From contig JBKDZW010000089.1 of assembly GCA_047971685.1 (NCBI GenBank), forward strand, positions 4,488 through 68,487: a stretch of DNA of 64,000 bases, given 5' to 3'. The notes under the pieces are model-generated. The model had not been told where the DNA came from and did no database searches. It saw only the letters and a list, made by a program, of their open reading frames with translations. Position numbers and translations under genes: made by a program. Numbering within the stretch: the first letter of the stretch is position 1; each line of letters starts with the position of its first letter. Source of the DNA: Rhodoblastus sp. (GTDB lineage: Bacteria; Pseudomonadota; Alphaproteobacteria; Rhizobiales; Beijerinckiaceae). Shown here piece by piece: positions 60,664 through 64,000 of the stretch.

Positions 60664-61863
60664 TCACCCGGCCTGCGCCGCGCCCGTCAGGGCTGCTTGC
60701 GGCGCGCCGTCGAGGCGCTTCTCGTAGATACGATGGATTTTGTCGATTTTAGCGCCACTCATCTCAATGGGTCTGCGCATGCCGGCGTTATCTTCCAGAA
60801 CCCAGCCGAATTCCACTTGATCTAACGCAACTTTGCGGCTCCGCAGGCGTAATTCTTCTATCATGGTCATGATGACGATGCCGCCGCGTGCGCTCTTATG
60901 TAGCGCCTTCGTCATGCCGAACAGGGCGAGGCGGCCGGATTTATAGTCGCGTTTGCGAATGCGGGCGACCACCTTCGGCAGGCCGAACGGAAAAAGCCTG
61001 CCGTCGAGATCGGCCACGATCTCGTGCAGATTGGGCACGACAATTCCGAAGGCGACGGGCTCGCCGTCGATTTCGGTCACAAAGCCCCAATCCTCGGTCA
61101 TCAGGAATTTCAGGCTGTCGGCCATCGACTTGAATTCTTCGCGCGTGATCGGGACAAAGCCCCAGTTTCCGGCCCAGGCGTCGTTGAAAAGGCGCGTCAT
61201 CAGATCGACCTCGCTGTCGAGGTCGTTCATGCGCAGGGCCCGGAATTTCAGGCGTTCGCGCCATTCCGGGCGGTTGAGCAGCAAAGGCTCGGCGTTGCGG
61301 TCCGTCGCGGAGACATCGTAGCGGTAGGAAATGAGGTCGCGCGCCTTGGCGTAGCCCAGCGCCTCGACATGGGCGCTCAGATAGGGCGGATGCCAGGGAA
61401 TGAAGACCATGGGCGTGGCCTCGAAACCCTGGACCAGAAGGCCGCATTCGGCGTTGACCGAGGGCGAGAACGGCCCGTGGACAACCTCTGCGCCCTCGCG
61501 CTTCAGCCAGGCTTCCGCAGCCGCCAGCAGCGCCGCCACGACCTCGCGGTCGTCGACCGCATCGAGCGAGCCGAACTGATAGCGGGAAGCTAGATTGGGG
61601 CGGACCTCGTTATAGACCTGCGCCTCGATGCGGCCAACGGTCGCGCCGTCTCGTTTGGCCAGAAAGGCCTGCGAGCGCACGAGCCTGTAATGCGGATTGA
61701 GCTTGTGGGCGTACATGGCCCAGCGCTCGGCGTCGAGCGAGGGCGAAAAGCCCGGCCAGCCGCGATAGAGCCGGCGCGGCGCGCGGCAAAACTCCATGAA
61801 GGCGCGAAGGCCCGAGACGGGCGATATCTCGACGGCGTTCCGATGAACTGATGCTGCGGACAT
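60664..61863 (-). CDS. Large GNAT-like N-acyltransferase (bacterial ceramide synthase bCerS-like candidate)
   Basis: ~400 aa, with …AWLKREGAEVVHGPFSPSVNAECGLLVQGFE…PPYLSAHVEALGYAKARDL… and a C-terminal GNAT-like half. The start at ATG 61863 is inferred (alternatives at 61875 and 61899). The functional call rests on family resemblance recalled from the literature plus adjacency to the Spt-like gene. Confidence 0.68.
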   Translation of the reverse strand: MSAASVHRNAVEISPVSGLRAFMEFCRAPRRLYRGWPGFSPSLDAERWAMYAHKLNPHYRLVRSQAFLAKRDGATVGRIEAQVYNEVRPNLASRYQFGSLDAVDDREVVAALLAAAEAWLKREGAEVVHGPFSPSVNAECGLLVQGFEATPMVFIPWHPPYLSAHVEALGYAKARDLISYRYDVSATDRNAEPLLLNRPEWRERLKFRALRMNDLDSEVDLMTRLFNDAWAGNWGFVPITREEFKSMADSLKFLMTEDWGFVTEIDGEPVAFGIVVPNLHEIVADLDGRLFPFGLPKVVARIRKRDYKSGRLALFGMTKALHKSARGGIVIMTMIEELRLRSRKVALDQVEFGWVLEDNAGMRRPIEMSGAKIDKIHRIYEKRLDGAPQAALTGAAQAG

Positions 61864-61935
61864 GGCGCCGCCCATAGCACGGACGCAGGCCGGAACCAAC
61901 GCCGGCCTGCGCGAATTGGAGCGGTTCCAGACGGG

Positions 61936-63273
61936 TTAGAAAGCCGCCGCCGGCTGATCGCCCGGCAGGACGAGACCGCGCGGCGGCTCGACGACCGGCC
62001 GGTCGACGATCAATTGCACGACCTGGCGGATATCGTCCTCGGTGTGGCTGGCCGAGATGAAGAAGCGCAGGCGCGGCTTGTCCTTGGGCACGCCTACCTG
62101 CACGACGGGCGGCACATAGACGCCGTGCGCCAGCAGGTGCTGGGAGACGGCCATGGTCTCCCACACCGAATTGAACAGGATCGGCACGACGGCGCGCCCG
62201 ATCGCGGGGCCGGTGTCGAGGCCGGCGGCCTGCGCCGTGTTGCGCAGGAATTCGGCGTTATGCGCGAGTTTGGCGATGCGCCAGGATTCCGACTGCATCA
62301 GGTCCAGCGCCTTGGAGGCGGCAGCCGTGATGACCGGCGACAGGCCGACCGAATAGACGAAGCCCGGCAGGGTGAATTTCATCCAGTCGATGAGCAATTG
62401 CTTGCCGGCGACGAAACCGCCGCAGGAGGCGAAACTCTTCGACAAGGTGCCGACGATGAGATCGACGCGGGCGGGGTCGACGCCGCAATATTCGCACAGG
62501 CCCGCGCCGCGCTTGCCGAGAACGCCGATGGAATGGGCCTCGTCGACCAGAAGCCACACGCCGTGCTTTTCCTTGATGTCGCAGATGCGCGCCAGATCGA
62601 CCGTGTCGCCGTCCATCGAATAGAGGCTTTCGACGACGATCAGGCAATTGCGGTATTTCTCGCGGTGCTCGGTGAGCAATTGGTCGAGATGGTCGAAATC
62701 GTTGTGGCGGAATACGATCTGGGCCGCATCCGCATTGCGCGCGCCGGTCGCCACGCTGTTGTGCGACAATTCGTCGAGGAAGATCGCGTCGCGCTTGGCC
62801 ATCAGATGGGTGATGACGGTCAGATTGGTCAGATAGCCCGAGACCAGCGACAGCGTCGCTTCGGTTCCCAGAAACTTCGCGAGATTTTCCTCGAATTTCT
62901 GGTGGGTCGAACGCTCGCCGCCGACAAGGCGGGACGCGAGCGCGCCCACGCCCAGCGTGTCGATGGCCCGGTGGGCGGCCGCCTTCACTTCCGGATGCTC
63001 GGCAAGCCCCAGATAATCGTAATTGGCGAAAGAGACGTAATGCCCGCCGTTCCGGCCCTCGATCTCCGCCTTGAGCGTGTCGGTCGGCGCGAAGAACGGA
63101 TTGCCGTGCTCGTCGAGGATGGCTTTGCCGGCGAGCCTGTAGCGCCGGAACGCATAATCGGAGAGGCTTTGGTGTTTTTTCGCCACGCAGAAAGGTTCCG
63201 GTTGCGGGACGGTCCGCCCCTGATTGCGTCGCGCAGCGCGCTGGGCCGCCTGCCGACGCTGCCCCTTTACCAT
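61936..63273 (-). CDS. PLP-dependent alpha-oxoamine synthase, serine palmitoyltransferase (Spt)-like
   Basis: AOS family motifs …FANYDYLGL…, …SHNS…, …VDEAHSIG… and PLP-lysine GTLSKSF. BioF/KBL/ALAS alternatives are considered. The operon context with DEGS-, FA2H- and bCerS-like genes favours Spt. Confidence 0.8.
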   Translation of the reverse strand: MVKGQRRQAAQRAARRNQGRTVPQPEPFCVAKKHQSLSDYAFRRYRLAGKAILDEHGNPFFAPTDTLKAEIEGRNGGHYVSFANYDYLGLAEHPEVKAAAHRAIDTLGVGALASRLVGGERSTHQKFEENLAKFLGTEATLSLVSGYLTNLTVITHLMAKRDAIFLDELSHNSVATGARNADAAQIVFRHNDFDHLDQLLTEHREKYRNCLIVVESLYSMDGDTVDLARICDIKEKHGVWLLVDEAHSIGVLGKRGAGLCEYCGVDPARVDLIVGTLSKSFASCGGFVAGKQLLIDWMKFTLPGFVYSVGLSPVITAAASKALDLMQSESWRIAKLAHNAEFLRNTAQAAGLDTGPAIGRAVVPILFNSVWETMAVSQHLLAHGVYVPPVVQVGVPKDKPRLRFFISASHTEDDIRQVVQLIVDRPVVEPPRGLVLPGDQPAAAF

Positions 63274-63393
63274 TAACCCGCAGGTCTGCGCCAGTAGCAG
63301 GCAGACCGCCGAAGCTCCGCCAGCTAAACCATTGTCGCCGAAACAGTCAATTCAGGGCCGGGGCGGGGGCCCCGCCAGGGCTTGAACGGGCGT

Positions 63394-63461
63394 CCCCTCC
63401 CCCCATATTGTCATTGTGTGGCGCGCCGCAACGGGCGCTGCAAGACGAGGCGCCTGAGGGG
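63394..63461 (+). promoter_or_regulatory. Candidate 5'-UTR RNA thermometer (anti-SD CCCCUCCCC … SD GAGGGG) upstream of hsp20
   Basis: A C-rich run at 63394-63404 can pair with the putative SD GAGGGG (63456-63461). GC-rich self-complementary sequence lies between them. This is analogous in logic to ROSE elements, but I could not match the ROSE consensus. Confidence 0.3.
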
Positions 63462-63468
63462 CTTCCAC

Positions 63469-63897
63469 ATGTCGCGTACGCCTACCCTGAATTCTCCGTT
63501 CCTGCTGGGATTCGAGACCATCGAGCGTGCGCTTGATCGCGTGACGCGGGCCGCAAGCGACGGCTATCCGCCCTATAATATCGAGCGCCTGTCGCGTACC
63601 GAGAACGAGCCGGAGCGCCTGCGCATCACGCTGGCGGTCGCCGGTTTCAACCGCGAACAACTCGATATTACCGTGGAGGAGAACCAATTGGTCATTCGCG
63701 GACGCCAGCAGGAGGAGCGGGAGCGCAATTTTTTGCACCGCGGCATAGCCGCGCGGCAGTTCCAGCGCGCTTTTCTGCTTGCCGAGGGCATGCAGGTCCA
63801 AAGCGCCGATCTGTCCAACGGACTTCTTTCGGTCGACCTCGTCCGGCCCGAGCCGGAGCGGGTCATCCGCAAGATAGATATTTCCTCGCGCGACTGA
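63469..63897 (+). CDS. Small heat-shock protein (Hsp20/alpha-crystallin, IbpA-like)
   Basis: Start at MSRTPTLNSPFLLGF…. Alpha-crystallin domain …YPPYNIERLSENE…ITLAVAGF…LDITVEENQLVIRG…F…L…V…A.L.NGLL.V.L. Confidence 0.9.
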   Translation: MSRTPTLNSPFLLGFETIERALDRVTRAASDGYPPYNIERLSRTENEPERLRITLAVAGFNREQLDITVEENQLVIRGRQQEERERNFLHRGIAARQFQRAFLLAEGMQVQSADLSNGLLSVDLVRPEPERVIRKIDISSRD

Positions 63898-63969
63898 CGG
63901 GCCGGCGCGCCGGGCGAACCAGACGGCGAGGAAACGAGCGGGCCTATGAAAGGCCGCAAGGAGAGTAAA

Positions 63970-64000
63970 ATGACGCATAGCCCCTTTACCCCCGAACAAT
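63970..64000 (+). CDS. 5' end of an unidentified CDS truncated by the window edge
   Basis: The ATG at 63970 is preceded by AAGGAGAG at optimal spacing (MTHSPFTPEQ…). Only 10 codons are visible. Confidence 0.3.
   Translation, partial: MTHSPFTPEQ

Noticed and set aside
61936-63273. The alpha-oxoamine synthase as BioF (8-amino-7-oxononanoate synthase), given bioB/bioY in the same window.
   Set aside because: It lies 22 kb from bioB, has no BioR box upstream, and is the first gene of an operon with ceramide-type enzymes. The BioF/KBL alternative can only be excluded by phylogeny, so it is kept as the stated refutation test.

Overview
This is a GC-rich, gene-dense chromosomal segment that looks alphaproteobacterial (Hyphomicrobiales/Rhizobiales-like). 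The taxonomic hints are exact BioR boxes (TTATCTATAA) around a GntR-bioY-bioB locus, a class I lysyl-tRNA synthetase, a fused TRAP permease and a MoxR/Bat operon. I can support about 60 protein-coding genes. I saw no rRNA, tRNA, CRISPR array, transposase, integrase or phage genes. Many long ORFs in the track are antisense or out-of-frame shadows typical of high-GC DNA and were discarded.

Main blocks:
- 0-5 kb: MscS channel, CAP lipoprotein, GATase, SDR, TerB, TrmO.
- 6.7-9.8 kb: TRAP transporter.
- 10-16.4 kb: ugd, a Baeyer-Villiger monooxygenase, and an enoyl-CoA hydratase / AtuA-like / thioesterase module.
- 16.9-21.6 kb: pflB-pflA plus a YidE/YbjL-type transporter, behind an AT-rich region with an FNR/FixK box.
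- 21.8-25.2 kb: TetR, ThDP enzyme and Zn-ADH.
- 25.3-31.6 kb: complete MoxR-DUF58-DUF4381-BatA-BatB-TPR-BatD operon, preceded by an arylsulfatase.
- 33.7-36.8 kb: octaheme cytochrome fused to HEAT/TPR repeats, plus a secreted HAD hydrolase.
- 37-39.4 kb: bioR-bioY-bioB.
- 39.5-44.6 kb: USP, lysK, SulP, NUDIX.

The most interesting part is an ~18.6 kb lipid island at 44.7-63.3 kb.
- One operon holds a serine-palmitoyltransferase-like alpha-oxoamine synthase, a bCerS-like GNAT, a clear DEGS1-like sphingolipid Delta4-desaturase and an FA2H/Scs7-like fatty-acid 2-hydroxylase.
- A tightly coupled, divergently oriented operon holds ACP, KAS, a HadAB-like dehydratase pair, an SDR, a GT21 (ceramide-glucosyltransferase-like) and a processive GT2.
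- An ABC-2 (Wzm/Wzt-like) exporter, an orphan LptF/LptG-family permease, a GT8-like protein, two tandem-duplicated GT-B glycosyltransferases and an FAAH-type amidase complete the island.
- I interpret it as a candidate pathway for an unsaturated, 2-hydroxylated glycosyl-ceramide with dedicated export. This is inference from sequence motifs and gene order only.

A second recurring feature is an unusual density of 14-25 bp tandem minisatellites, in promoters and intergenic regions and in-frame inside three genes.
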